Of a stretch of 64,000 bases of DNA, positions 32,716 through 42,556 are shown piece by piece (position 1 is the stretch's first letter; each line of letters opens with the position of its first letter). Under the pieces are notes generated by a model. That model did no database searches and was not told where the DNA came from. It was given only the letters and a program-made list of their open reading frames with translations. This DNA is from Nitrospirota bacterium. Its GTDB lineage: Bacteria; Nitrospirota; UBA9217. The stretch is taken from positions 1,344,001 through 1,408,000 of the forward strand of contig CAWCKW010000012.1 of assembly GCA_963796285.1 (NCBI GenBank), written 5' to 3'. The position numbers and the translations under genes are program-made.

Positions 32716-33140
32716 ATGACAAGCTTTAATAAAGTGATCCTGCTGGGCAATCTCACCCGCGATCCCGAGGTGCGCTACACCCCGAACGGCAGCGCGGTCG
32801 CGAGCTTTGCCATCGCAGTCAACCGCAAGTACAAGCAAGGCGAAGAGACCAAGGAAGAGGTCAGCTATCTCGACATCGTCGTGTTCGGCAAGCAGGCTGA
32901 GAACTGCGGGCAATATCTCAACAAGGGAGATGCGGCACTGATCGAAGGCAGGTTGCAGCAGCGTCGATGGGAAGACAAAGATTCCGGCCAGAAGCGAAGC
33001 AAGGTCGAAGTGGCAGCGCAATCAGTGCACTTCATGCCGAAGCGTTCATCCGCGGGTCAGGGTGCAGGCCAGGGTGGCGGTCACAGCCAATCTGAGCCCG
33101 CTCCGAAACGCCCCTGGATGAGGGAGAGATCCCCTTCTAA
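32716..33140 (+). CDS. ssb: Single-stranded DNA-binding protein (frameshift near 33105)
   Basis: NKVILLGNLTRDPEVRYTP; acidic tail DEGEIPF* in the shifted frame. Confidence 0.95.
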
Positions 33141-33190
33141 CGCAGGACAACTGAGTATTAAAAAAACTACTACACGAGGAGTTCAATATT

Positions 33191-33505
33191 ATGGCAGAGT
33201 ACCCAGCAAGATCATCGGCACCACGGTCTTCTGACTCGCGAGGCAGCAGAGGAGACAGCAGAGGCGGCAGCGGCCCGAACAAGAGACGTTTCCAGGTCCG
33301 GAAAAAGGTGTGCCGGTTCTGCGTCGACAAAACACCGTTCATCGATTACAAGGACATGAAGACACTCAGGTTCTTCATCACCGAGCGAGGCAAGATCCTT
33401 CCCCGCCGCATCTCCGGCAACTGCGCCCGGCATCAGCGCGAGGTCACCGTCTCGGTGCAGCGGTGCAGAAATATCGCGCTCCTTCCGTTCTCAGGAGAGA
33501 AGTAA
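33191..33505 (+). CDS. rpsR: 30S ribosomal protein S18
   Basis: [36 protein letters not shown]. Confidence 0.96.
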   Translation: MAEYPARSSAPRSSDSRGSRGDSRGGSGPNKRRFQVRKKVCRFCVDKTPFIDYKDMKTLRFFITERGKILPRRISGNCARHQREVTVSVQRCRNIALLPFSGEK

Positions 33506-33548
33506 GTTCGCGCTGTGCGTTGGCAGGCAGCGCACGTTCATGACACAC

Positions 33549-33602
33549 AAAACAGGGAAACGCAGCGGTTACGTACAGGTGACCCTGAGTTTCCTTTTTT
33601 TA
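33549..33602 (+). terminator. Probable intrinsic terminator after rpsR
   Basis: GGAAAC...GTTTCC stem followed by a T-run. Confidence 0.55.
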
Positions 33603-33812
33603 TTATAACGGCTTGAGCTGCAAAGCCATATCACCGTGGCGCCAGGACACAGAGAAATGTTTTTTGCACTGATGTACACTGATTACTTGAGATCTATCGG
33701 TGGAGCTCATACGCAATCGTTCTTTTTCAGAGTCAGGGTCATTGACCTTCCCCGCGTATCCACTGTGAGTCTTTGTCCTTATTTTTCGAATCGACCTTTT
33801 GGAGAGATCACC

Positions 33813-34743
33813 ATGAACTACCGTGCCATTCTTATCGCGACAGTACAGACCCTCGGGCTCTTTGTTGCCGGAATTATCCATCCGATCGGCCAGCTGCTCG
33901 CTCTTTTCACTCCCGTGCCGCTCATTCTCGTCTCTATCCGGAACAGGAGTGTGGATGGTCTTATGACGCTCGCCGCTGTCAAGCGTCATCATGGCCGCCC
34001 TCGGGGGATGGCAGGCAGCGGCCATTCTTGTTCTTAGTTTCGGCCTGATGGCGATCGGCACCTCGGAAGGCATGCGCAGAAAATGGAAACCCGAGCAAAC
34101 CTCGCTCCTGGGCGGACTCCTTCCGATCGCGGTTCTGGCGGTAATCGTCGTTTTCTACCTGGTCCGGGCAGGCAAAAACCCGATCATGGAGGTCGAGGCG
34201 TATCTCCGGGAAATCATTGCCAATGCAGCAAAAACCTATACGACCATGGGGTTCACTGAAATGGCGGCTACGATCTCATCGATCTCCGATCCCGTCATCT
34301 ATTACTTTGCCAGACTCCTCCCGGGCATTACCATCGCCACTTCGGTGGTTCAGGCGGCCTGCTGTTTTGTCATTGCCCGCGCCATGCTCATGCGAAAACC
34401 GGTAACGGAACCGGCACCAGCTCGGACCTCGCTCGTCTCATGGCATGCGCCGGACTCGTGGGTCTGGGGCCTCATCGCGGCCCTCGCCCTCATCGTACTC
34501 CCGCAGGAGACAGCACGACTCACGGGATGGAACATTGCGATCCTCTTTGCTGTGCTCTATCTCGCACAGGGCTCCGCTATCGTGGAGCATTACCTCAGAA
34601 AAGCGGGCATCAAGACCATTGGCCGGGGACTCCTCCTCGCGCTCATCCTGATCATGCCGTCCATCGTGTTCGTGGTCGCCCTCGGCATTGTCGACATCTG
34701 GGCGGACTTCCGAAAGGTGCGGGTGCCGGTACAAACGATGTAA
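33813..34743 (+). CDS. DUF2232 (YybS) membrane protein (frameshift near 33980)
   Basis: Multi-TM; WHAPDSWVWGLI, YLAQG, LGIVDIWADFRK; follows rpsR. Confidence 0.85.
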
Positions 34744-34772
34744 GTCTTCCAGCCATTGAACCTGAAAAAAGA

Positions 34773-34872
34773 ATTTGGACGCTGATGGGGTGGATTAACG
34801 TATGATAAAAGCGGATGAAGATCAAAGGGAACAACTTCACCCGATGGATAAAACACAATCCAAAAATAATCC
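34773..34872 (+). repeat. Dispersed ~100 nt element (TTTGGACACTGAA family), copy 1
   Basis: Aligns by eye with 35923-35960 (+), 42255-42340 (-) and 48826-48942 (-). Confidence 0.8.
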
Positions 34873-34979
34873 TGGAACAGCTTGTTACTGCCCTCTAACA
34901 ACCTAACATTTCTCTGTTGGTTTGATGCGCTGTATGGCAATTCTTGCTTTTCAACAGCAGGTATTGTATAAACGTTTCT

Positions 34980-35864
34980 ATGCGGACCACCTTGAACCCT
35001 ATTGACCGCCTCACCCTTTCCTTTATCGTGCTGCTCACGGCGGTCATCCTGTTCAACGTCTCCTTCATCTCATCCTGGCCGCAACTCATCTGCACCTACT
35101 TTGTGCTGGTGCTGGTCATTCTTTTACTCGCTGCGCTGGACAGAAGGACTCCCGGAAGAAAGCCTTTCAGTTTCCTGCATGCTTTTTTCCCGATCATCAT
35201 TGTCGCAATGATCTTTAACAGCCTCGGCGACATCATCCCCTTCATCCGGCATCAATACTACGACGACGTCTTGATCCGGATCGACCACATGCTCTTCGCC
35301 ACTCATCCGACCGTGTGGCTGGAACAGTTCAATAGCGCCCCGCTCACCGCAGTGCTCCAAATCGCGTATATCAGCTATTACGGTATGCCGATCGCGCTCG
35401 GCACGTTACTCTATCTCCGGGATAGACGGGTTGAATTCGAGACCGCGGTTTTCACTATCCTCCTCTGTTTTTATCTTTCCTACATCGGCTATATGCTTTT
35501 CCCCGCCGTCGGGCCCCGGTTCACGCTGAACTACCTGCAGACAACTGACCTTCAAGCAGGACCGATGACCCAGTGGATACAGCAGAGCCTCAACTCGCTG
35601 GAGCACAACAAAACCGATGCCTTCCCGAGCGGCCATACCGCCGTGGCGCTGGTGACGCTTTTTTTTGCATGGAAATACCGGCAGAGAGATCTCTTCCGTG
35701 TTCTGGTGCCGGCTGTATCGGCCCTGATCGTCTCAACGGTGTACCTCAGATACCACTATGTCATTGATGTCATCGCCGGCGTGCTGCTCGCCTTGCTGAC
35801 TATTTTCATTGCGCCGTGGATGCATCGGCTTTTCTCAGGAGCGGACCATCACTCGCGGGGCTAA
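34980..35864 (+). CDS. PAP2 family membrane enzyme, AUR1/IPC-synthase-like
   Basis: Multi-TM; IDHMLF, FPAVGP, AFPSGH, STVYLRYHYVID. Confidence 0.8.
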   Translation: MRTTLNPIDRLTLSFIVLLTAVILFNVSFISSWPQLICTYFVLVLVILLLAALDRRTPGRKPFSFLHAFFPIIIVAMIFNSLGDIIPFIRHQYYDDVLIRIDHMLFATHPTVWLEQFNSAPLTAVLQIAYISYYGMPIALGTLLYLRDRRVEFETAVFTILLCFYLSYIGYMLFPAVGPRFTLNYLQTTDLQAGPMTQWIQQSLNSLEHNKTDAFPSGHTAVALVTLFFAWKYRQRDLFRVLVPAVSALIVSTVYLRYHYVIDVIAGVLLALLTIFIAPWMHRLFSGADHHSRG

Positions 35865-35922
35865 TTCCCGCAGCCTGCAGACGCTCATGGTTATTGTAAT
35901 TCGTTATTTAACCTGAATAATA

Positions 35923-36062
35923 AATTTGGACACTGAAGGGGCGGAATGAGCAGAATGATAATATGAAAAAAATGCACCATGACACGACTTGGACAGGAGT
36001 AACAGGATTGACAGAGATTTATTAAAAAGCATAAATCCGCTTTTATCCTGTAATCCTGGTTA
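35923..36062. repeat. TTTGGACACTGAA element copy 2 plus ACAGGAT 9-mer hairpin
   Basis: ATTTGGACACTGAAGGGGCGGA; GACAGGAGTAACAGGATTGACAG ... ATCCTGTAATCCTG. Confidence 0.7.
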
Positions 36063-36097
36063 AAAAAACATGTTCCGGATTGTCCGGGTAAAAGGAG

Positions 36098-37212
36098 TTA
36101 AAGGCTCTTTTCGTAAATCCGCCATTTTTTGTAGACGTTCCCGCCCATGAATTCGCAGCCCTTTTGCATAAGGGTGTTGTCTTCCAGGACCCAGGACATC
36201 TCTGCCCGTTCGATACCCTTTGCGTTTGGCCGCCTTGAACGACTCGAGGTAAAGCAGTCCCTCGATGCCTCTCTTCCGGTACTCTTCCTTCACGCCCATG
36301 GTCAGGACGCGGATATCCGATATCTGTTCTCGAATACCATAAGAACTTCATGATCTCAATGGGGCCAAGCCTGCCGTTGATCCTGCTGAGGACCTGGTTG
36401 TAGTCCGGCACGGCCATGTAAAATCCCGCCGGATTGCCGTCCACCTCGGCCATGATAAGCAATTCTGGCACGATGAGCGGCTTAAGCCTCTTTGCCATGG
36501 ATTCGATCTCTTTGTCGGTCATCGGCACAAAACCCCAGTTCTGGCCCCACGCCGAATTATAGATCTCCTTGACCGCGTCCAGCTCGCTCCTGAATTTTTT
36601 CATATTGGCGGGACGCACGACGAGACCCGGCATCTTTTGCCTGACCACTGCCGCCAGTCGTTCAAGCCTATCGCCGGCTGATACATCAGCGATCACCGAG
36701 ATGTATGCATAGAGGTCTTTGGCCTTTGTCAATCCGCATCGTTCCATGTAATCGAGGTAATACGCCGGCGTGTAGGTCATCATGATCATCGGCGGAGAAT
36801 CGAACCCTTCCAGGAGAAAACCGCACTCGTCATTTGTCGAAGGGTTCATGGGCCCGCGCATGACCCCGATGTCTCGCGCCTTGAGCCAATTCGACGCTGC
36901 CCGGACCAGGCTGTCGGCAATCTCCGGATCGGGCATGCATTCAAAAAAACCAAAGAAGCCCGCCCGCTCGTTGTGGAGAGCGATATGGTTCCGATCAATG
37001 ATCGCCGCGATCCTGCCGACGACCTCGCCATTCTTCCGCGCAAGGAAATACGCCGCCTCCGCGTGTTCGAAAAACGGGTTCTTGTGGCTCAGGATGAATT
37101 TGACCTCGCTCAGGAGGGGCGGCACCCAGTTGGGATTTCCCTTATAGACCTTCCAGGGGAATCGGATGAACCGGTCCAGGCCAGGCGCATCGGATATTTG
37201 CTCGATCTGCAT
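36098..37212 (-). CDS. GNAT-family N-acyltransferase, bacterial ceramide synthase-like (frameshifts near 36325 and 36215)
   Basis: FIRFPWKVY...WVPPL, GRIAAI, GFFGFFE, RGPMNPSTNDECG, NWGFVP, PDYN; true end SWVLEDN...YKKWRIYEKSL*. Confidence 0.8.
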
Positions 37213-37222
37213 TATCGATCCC

Positions 37223-38404
37223 TTATGAAATCATCCCCAGCTTCTTCCCCGTCTTCTCGACTATCCCGAGCACGCGGTCAAGCATCTCATCGGTATGGGT
37301 CGCCATGTAACTGGTGCGGATCATACAGCGTCCCTGCGGCACTGCGGGTGGCACCACGGGGTTTACGAACACCCCCTCCTCGCCCAGGATCTTCCACATC
37401 ATGAACGCCCGTTCCATCTCTCCCATCATGAGCGGAATGATAGGCGTTTCGGCTACCCCGGTGTCAAAGCCCATCTGCTTGAACGCTTTTATCATCTTGT
37501 TCGTGTGGCGCCAGAGGCGTTCCCTGCGATCGGGCTCCTCGGCAATGATGTCCAGCGCCGCGATGACCGCGGCCACGGAAGCGGGCGGCGGACTCGCGCT
37601 GAAGATCAGGGGGCGGGCATGGTGCTTCATGTAATGGATAACCTCCTCGTCGGCAACGGCGAACCCGCCGATAGAAGCAAGTGACTTGCTGTACGTGCCC
37701 ATGATGACATCCACGTCCTTTTCGAGGCCGAAATGCTCGGCAGTACCGCGGCCGGTTTCACCCAGGACGCCGATGCCGTGGGCATCATCTACCATGAGCC
37801 GTGCGCCGTATTTTTTACAGACCTTCACGATGTCCGGGAGCGGCGCGATGTCGCCCTCCATGCTGTAGACGCCGTCCACCACCACCAGCTTGCCCCTGTC
37901 TCCGCACTCTTGCAGAACGAACTCGAGGCTGTTCATGTCGCTATGTTTGAACTTCTTGATTTCCGCAAATGAAAGCCTGCAGGCATCGATGATGCTGGCA
38001 TGGTCAAGCTTGTCGATCACGACGACGTCGTCCTTGCCCGCCAGGGAAGAGATAATACCGAGGTTCGTCATGTAACCGGTGGAAAAGGTAAGGGCAGCAT
38101 CCTTGCGAAAGAACTTCGCCAGCTTATCTTCGAGTTCCACGTGGATGTCAAGCGTGCCGTTCAAAAAGCGCGAACCCGCGCAACCGCTTCCGTACTTCCT
38201 AACGGCCTCGATCGCCGCTTCTTTTACCTTCGGGTGGTTGGTGAGCCCAAGATAGTTGTTCGATCCGAGCATGATCATCTTCTTGCCCCCAACGATCACC
38301 TCGGGGTCCTGGGCCGATTCCATGACGCGGAAGTAAGGATAGAATCCCGCGGCCATTATCTCTTTTGCCGTCGTAAATGATTTGCACTTGTCGAAGAAAT
38401 CCAC
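37223..38404 (-). CDS. spt: Alpha-oxoamine synthase, serine palmitoyltransferase-like
   Basis: [37 protein letters not shown]-lysine GTYSKS, LIFSAS; GTG start. Confidence 0.8.
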   Translation of the reverse strand: MDFFDKCKSFTTAKEIMAAGFYPYFRVMESAQDPEVIVGGKKMIMLGSNNYLGLTNHPKVKEAAIEAVRKYGSGCAGSRFLNGTLDIHVELEDKLAKFFRKDAALTFSTGYMTNLGIISSLAGKDDVVVIDKLDHASIIDACRLSFAEIKKFKHSDMNSLEFVLQECGDRGKLVVVDGVYSMEGDIAPLPDIVKVCKKYGARLMVDDAHGIGVLGETGRGTAEHFGLEKDVDVIMGTYSKSLASIGGFAVADEEVIHYMKHHARPLIFSASPPPASVAAVIAALDIIAEEPDRRERLWRHTNKMIKAFKQMGFDTGVAETPIIPLMMGEMERAFMMWKILGEEGVFVNPVVPPAVPQGRCMIRTSYMATHTDEMLDRVLGIVEKTGKKLGMIS

Positions 38405-38447
38405 GGTTTTTCCCCTCTTAGCTTGAAGTTTGGCGTCTGCCTTTTTT

Positions 38448-39431
38448 TTATAGCCAGTTGTTATCACGGTACCACCTCCATGTGATGTCTAACCCTTGAT
38501 GTAAGGGGTACGCAGCTTTGAATCCGAGTTCCTTTTCCGTTTTGGCGATATCGCAGATCCAGTACGTTTGAGAGGCCTCGCACACCTTCTGCCTGTTCGT
38601 AAGTGCGGGCCTGGAGGTGAACAAGCTCCCCACCTCTGACACCAGGCCGATCAGGTATGCGGCCGAGTACGGAATTTTGATGGTGCGCGCCTTCACCGAC
38701 CCTGTGGACAGCAATGCCTGCCTGAATTCGGACCATGAGTATGGCCGGTCCTCGGCAACAAAATAGATACTTCCACTCGCTGTCTGCTGTTCCATGGCAA
38801 GGAACACGGCATTCACGAGGTCCCCGACATAACAGAAATTGAGAAACCGCTCCCTGCCCGCAATCTCCAGCGTCACGCCCCGGGCTGCCCATCGGAAGAG
38901 CTCAAACATATCACGGTCCCGTGGGCCATACACCGCAGACGGCCGGAGGATGACCACGGGGAATTTTTCTTTGTATGCGAGCGTTTCTGTTTCTGCTAAG
39001 AGCTTGCTCCTGCCGTAATCAGAGACCGGATGAGGGGGATCGCTGTCTTTGACCGGAGTCCCGTCCGTGCCCGGTCCTGCTGCTGCGAGGCTCGAAATCA
39101 GGATAAACTTTTCGATGCCCGGATTATGTCGCGCACATGCTTCCAGGATATTCCTGGTACCGATATGGTTTACCTTATAATATTCTCTTGCCCGTCTAGC
39201 CTTGGTCAATCCTGCCGCGTGGATGACAACGGAAGCCTGCTTCACAGCTTTGGCAAGAGTCTCCGGCAGCAAACAGTCTCCGGCCTTCACATCAACGTTC
39301 AATCCCGAAAGCCAGCGGAGATTTGCGGGGTCCCTTACCAGGCACGAAACTGAATACCCTTTCTTGAGCAGCAGTTCCGTCAGATGGCTGCCGATGAAAC
39401 CGGTGCCTCCGGTAATGAGAATCTTCTTCAC
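38448..39431 (-). CDS. NAD-dependent epimerase/dehydratase-type SDR (ceramide reductase-like)
   Basis: [40 protein letters not shown]. Confidence 0.8.
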   Translation of the reverse strand: MKKILITGGTGFIGSHLTELLLKKGYSVSCLVRDPANLRWLSGLNVDVKAGDCLLPETLAKAVKQASVVIHAAGLTKARRAREYYKVNHIGTRNILEACARHNPGIEKFILISSLAAAGPGTDGTPVKDSDPPHPVSDYGRSKLLAETETLAYKEKFPVVILRPSAVYGPRDRDMFELFRWAARGVTLEIAGRERFLNFCYVGDLVNAVFLAMEQQTASGSIYFVAEDRPYSWSEFRQALLSTGSVKARTIKIPYSAAYLIGLVSEVGSLFTSRPALTNRQKVCEASQTYWICDIAKTEKELGFKAAYPLHQGLDITWRWYRDNNWL

Positions 39432-39702
39432 GCTGAAGCCCTCCGCTCAGTTCTCTATCAGGCTGGACGTCCATTTGATTGTCAAACCATGATATGGACC
39501 AAAAAACTGTCCTGACGGAAAAGACTGCAGTAGTGTATCATAAAGACCGACGGAGGGCAATCATAAGTGGCAAAAGAAGTGAATTTACTTATACTGTCTT
39601 TGGATCGACAGTTTGGAGTATGGATGGGGCCCTACGGAACCATGAAATGCAGTCAATACTTATGTTCAAGTTCTCAATTCCTGATTGTAAAAGAATAATC
39701 CC

Positions 39703-40230
39703 TTAGGTAGCAGTTTTGATCGCCGCGACATACGGCAGATTCCGATATTGTTCAGCGCAGTCTACGCCGTAACCTACTACGAACAGGTCCGGGATTTCGA
39801 ATCCGCGATATTTAAGGTGCACTTCGGACGTGCGCCTTGGCTTCTTGTCCAGCAGCGCGACGGCTTCGAGGCTTGCCGGCCCTTTTTCCGAAAACAGCTT
39901 GAACAGGCATGCGAGGGTCTCTCCGGTGTCCACGATCGTATCGACGAGAAGCACATGCCTTCCTCGCACGTCAATCTCAATGTCTTTTTTAATCCGAATT
40001 TCTCTCGATGCCGTTGTTGACATGCCGTAGCTCGATGCACAGATGAAGTCGATCGTCACAGGGAACGGGATCCGTCGCATGAGGTCTGCTATGAACACGA
40101 CCCCGCCCTTCAGGACGCAGATAAGTACGAGGTCCTTGCCTGCGTAGTCGCTTGCTATCTGAGCAGCCAGGTCTCCGACCTTTGTCTGAATAGCCCGCTC
40201 GTCGAACAGTATCTCCTGAATTTCCATCAT
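39703..40230 (-). CDS. hpt: Hypoxanthine phosphoribosyltransferase
   Basis: CVLKGG, ASSYG, VLLVDTIVDTGETL, FVVGYGVD, YRNLP. Confidence 0.93.
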   Translation of the reverse strand: MMEIQEILFDERAIQTKVGDLAAQIASDYAGKDLVLICVLKGGVVFIADLMRRIPFPVTIDFICASSYGMSTTASREIRIKKDIEIDVRGRHVLLVDTIVDTGETLACLFKLFSEKGPASLEAVALLDKKPRRTSEVHLKYRGFEIPDLFVVGYGVDCAEQYRNLPYVAAIKTAT

Positions 40231-40723
40231 CTGACATGCTTTCTTTGAGGTCGGCCTTTTAAACGTCTCGATATGGCTATACTGTGTTTGAGATCGTTTT
40301 TCACGGCAGGTATGGTCAATTGTTCCCGGTTTTTTTGCTGTCGGGTTTCAACTCGTTGGCCCCGACCTCTTTGACTGTATGATGGTTCAAGTATACCACG
40401 AACAGAGAATACTGAGGGTTGAAGCGAAACGGTCGAAATGTCGAAATAGTAAAAAAGCACTGTCTAATATGTATTTCATTAAACTTCCGAAATTTATTTT
40501 ATTAACCTTGAACTCGCCACATGAAGCGGATATACTTTCACTACTGCAAACGAAATATTAGTTCTTGTATTCCTGCAGGACACCCCTTTCCAAGCCGGGG
40601 AGAGGACAAGGGTAAGGAGCAAAGCGCTATCAACATTTAATGCGTTTATATCAGTTACCTCAATGCTGCAATGAAAACGACTCATGATATAATGTAATGG
40701 TAATAAAAAGTCAGGAGCGTCCC

Positions 40724-42238
40724 GTGAAAGCACTTCTCATTTATCCTGAATTCCCTGATACCTTCTGGGGCTTCAAGTATGCACTGAAATTTATCAACAG
40801 AAAGGCGAGCAGTCCGCCCCTCGGATTGTTGACCATTGCCGCAATGCTTCCTGAAGCATGGGAGACAAAACTGGTCGACATGAACGTGGAAAGCCTGCAT
40901 GACGATGATCTCAGGTGGGCTGAGCTCGTCCTTGTGAGTGCAATGTCCGTCCAAAAAGAATCGGTGAAAACAGTTCTCGCGAGATGCAAAGAATTCGGCG
41001 TCAGGACCGTCGCCGGCGGTCCTCTTTTCTCGACCGAATACGAAGCGTTCGGGGAGGTAGACCATCTGGTGTTAAATGAGGCCGAGATCACCCTCCCCCG
41101 TTTCCTGGAAGATTTCCAGAAGGGCGTTGCCGGCCATCTCTATACCACAGATCAGTGGGCAGATATGGGTCAAACACCCATCCCGCTCTGGAGACTCATC
41201 ACTACGAAGCGTTATGCCTCGATCAATATCCAGTATTCCCGGGGGTGCCCCCGAAATTGTGAGTTTTGTGACATTGCCCTGCTCTGCGGTCACACACCAC
41301 GTACAAAAGATAAAGATCAAATTATCAGGGAGCTCGAGAGTGTTTATGCAAACGGTTTCAGGGGCCAGGTCTTCTTTGTTGACGACAATTTTATCGGAAA
41401 CAAGAAAAAGCTGAAGGAGGAGATTCTTCCCGCGATCATCGACTGGACGGAGAAGAGAAAGCACCCCTTTTCCTTCAATACTCAGGCATCCATAGAACTG
41501 GCCGACCATGAAAACCTGATGCAGCTGATGGTCAGGGCGGGCTTCGACGTCGTCTTTGTCGGTATCGAAACCCCGCATGACCAGAGCCTAGCGGAGTGCG
41601 GCAAATTCCAGAACAAGAACCGCGATCTCCTTGCCAGTATCAGGAAGATCCAGCAAGCCGGCATAGAGGTACAGGGAGGATTCATAGTCGGTTTTGACAG
41701 CGACCCCCCCACGATCTTCGACACACAGATCAGGTTCATCCAGGAGAGCGGGGTCGTCACCGCCATGGTCGGCATCCTCATTGCCCTTTCACGCACGAAG
41801 CTCTATGAGAGGCTCAAAAAAGAGCAGCGGCTGCTGAAAGTGACTTCGGGGAACAATACGGATTTCGCGACCAATTTTGTCCCCAAGATGGGCTATGACC
41901 CGTTGATCATCGGTTACAAAAAGGTCCTCAAAACCCTCTATTCGCCCAAATACTTTTATGAACGGGTCAGGACATTCCTGAGAAACTACAACCCCCCAAA
42001 GAAAACAACGAATGCCTTTTGGCTCCGACTAAACTACCTGGGAGCGTTCTTCAGGTCCGTCGTTGTCCTCGGCGTCATTGGAAAAGAACGCGTCCAGTAT
42101 TGGAAGCTCCTCTTCTGGACAATGTTCACCCGTCCCCACCTGATTCCACAGGCCATCACCTTTGCGATCTACGGTTATCATTTCCGAAAGACATTTGAGA
42201 AGCGCGTCAGTCAACTTGAAAAGGAAAATAGTAAATGA
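40724..42238 (+). CDS. B12-binding radical SAM protein with DUF4070
   Basis: PDTFW, PPLGLLT, SRGCPRNCEFC, FVDDNFIG, GIETP, GGFIVGFDSD; GTG start after AGGAG. Confidence 0.9.
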   Translation: MKALLIYPEFPDTFWGFKYALKFINRKASSPPLGLLTIAAMLPEAWETKLVDMNVESLHDDDLRWAELVLVSAMSVQKESVKTVLARCKEFGVRTVAGGPLFSTEYEAFGEVDHLVLNEAEITLPRFLEDFQKGVAGHLYTTDQWADMGQTPIPLWRLITTKRYASINIQYSRGCPRNCEFCDIALLCGHTPRTKDKDQIIRELESVYANGFRGQVFFVDDNFIGNKKKLKEEILPAIIDWTEKRKHPFSFNTQASIELADHENLMQLMVRAGFDVVFVGIETPHDQSLAECGKFQNKNRDLLASIRKIQQAGIEVQGGFIVGFDSDPPTIFDTQIRFIQESGVVTAMVGILIALSRTKLYERLKKEQRLLKVTSGNNTDFATNFVPKMGYDPLIIGYKKVLKTLYSPKYFYERVRTFLRNYNPPKKTTNAFWLRLNYLGAFFRSVVVLGVIGKERVQYWKLLFWTMFTRPHLIPQAITFAIYGYHFRKTFEKRVSQLEKENSK

Positions 42239-42254
42239 AACAATACAGGCCTGT

Positions 42255-42340
42255 CCCAATGATTTTGGGGTGAGGTCCTTACATATGATTTTCATCCGCA
42301 TTTATTATCCGTTAATCCGCCCCTTCAGTGTCCAAATGCT
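42255..42340 (-). repeat. TTTGGACACTGAA element copy 3 with ORF stub
   Basis: Minus strand GCATTTGGACACTGAAGGGGCGGATTAACGGATAATAAATGCGGATGAAAATC... Confidence 0.8.
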
Positions 42341-42556
42341 TTCTTCAGATTGCAACCACACGATGATAAAACCGCAGCCCGTTTTCCCTATCTCAAAAAG
42401 CAAAAAAAAGAGGCTGTCTTGTCGTTAGTACAACAAAACAGCCCCATCAGCATCTCACAATATGTCGATTGATCTATCCATCTCTGCATGTTGCACGTTC
42501 AGGCCCATAACGGGATCGCGCCCTGACCTGAGTGCGATTTTGTGTTTTCGCTGAAC

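Noticed and set aside
37223-38404. Annotation as bioF or kbl
   Set aside because: No bio or tdh genes are adjacent, and the GNAT plus SDR context and motifs fit SPT better, though phylogeny is needed.
42496-42556. GTTCAG...CTGAAC hairpin as a second attC
   Set aside because: The R''/R' boxes are not in the right order for the adjacent gene; more likely a 3' end structure.
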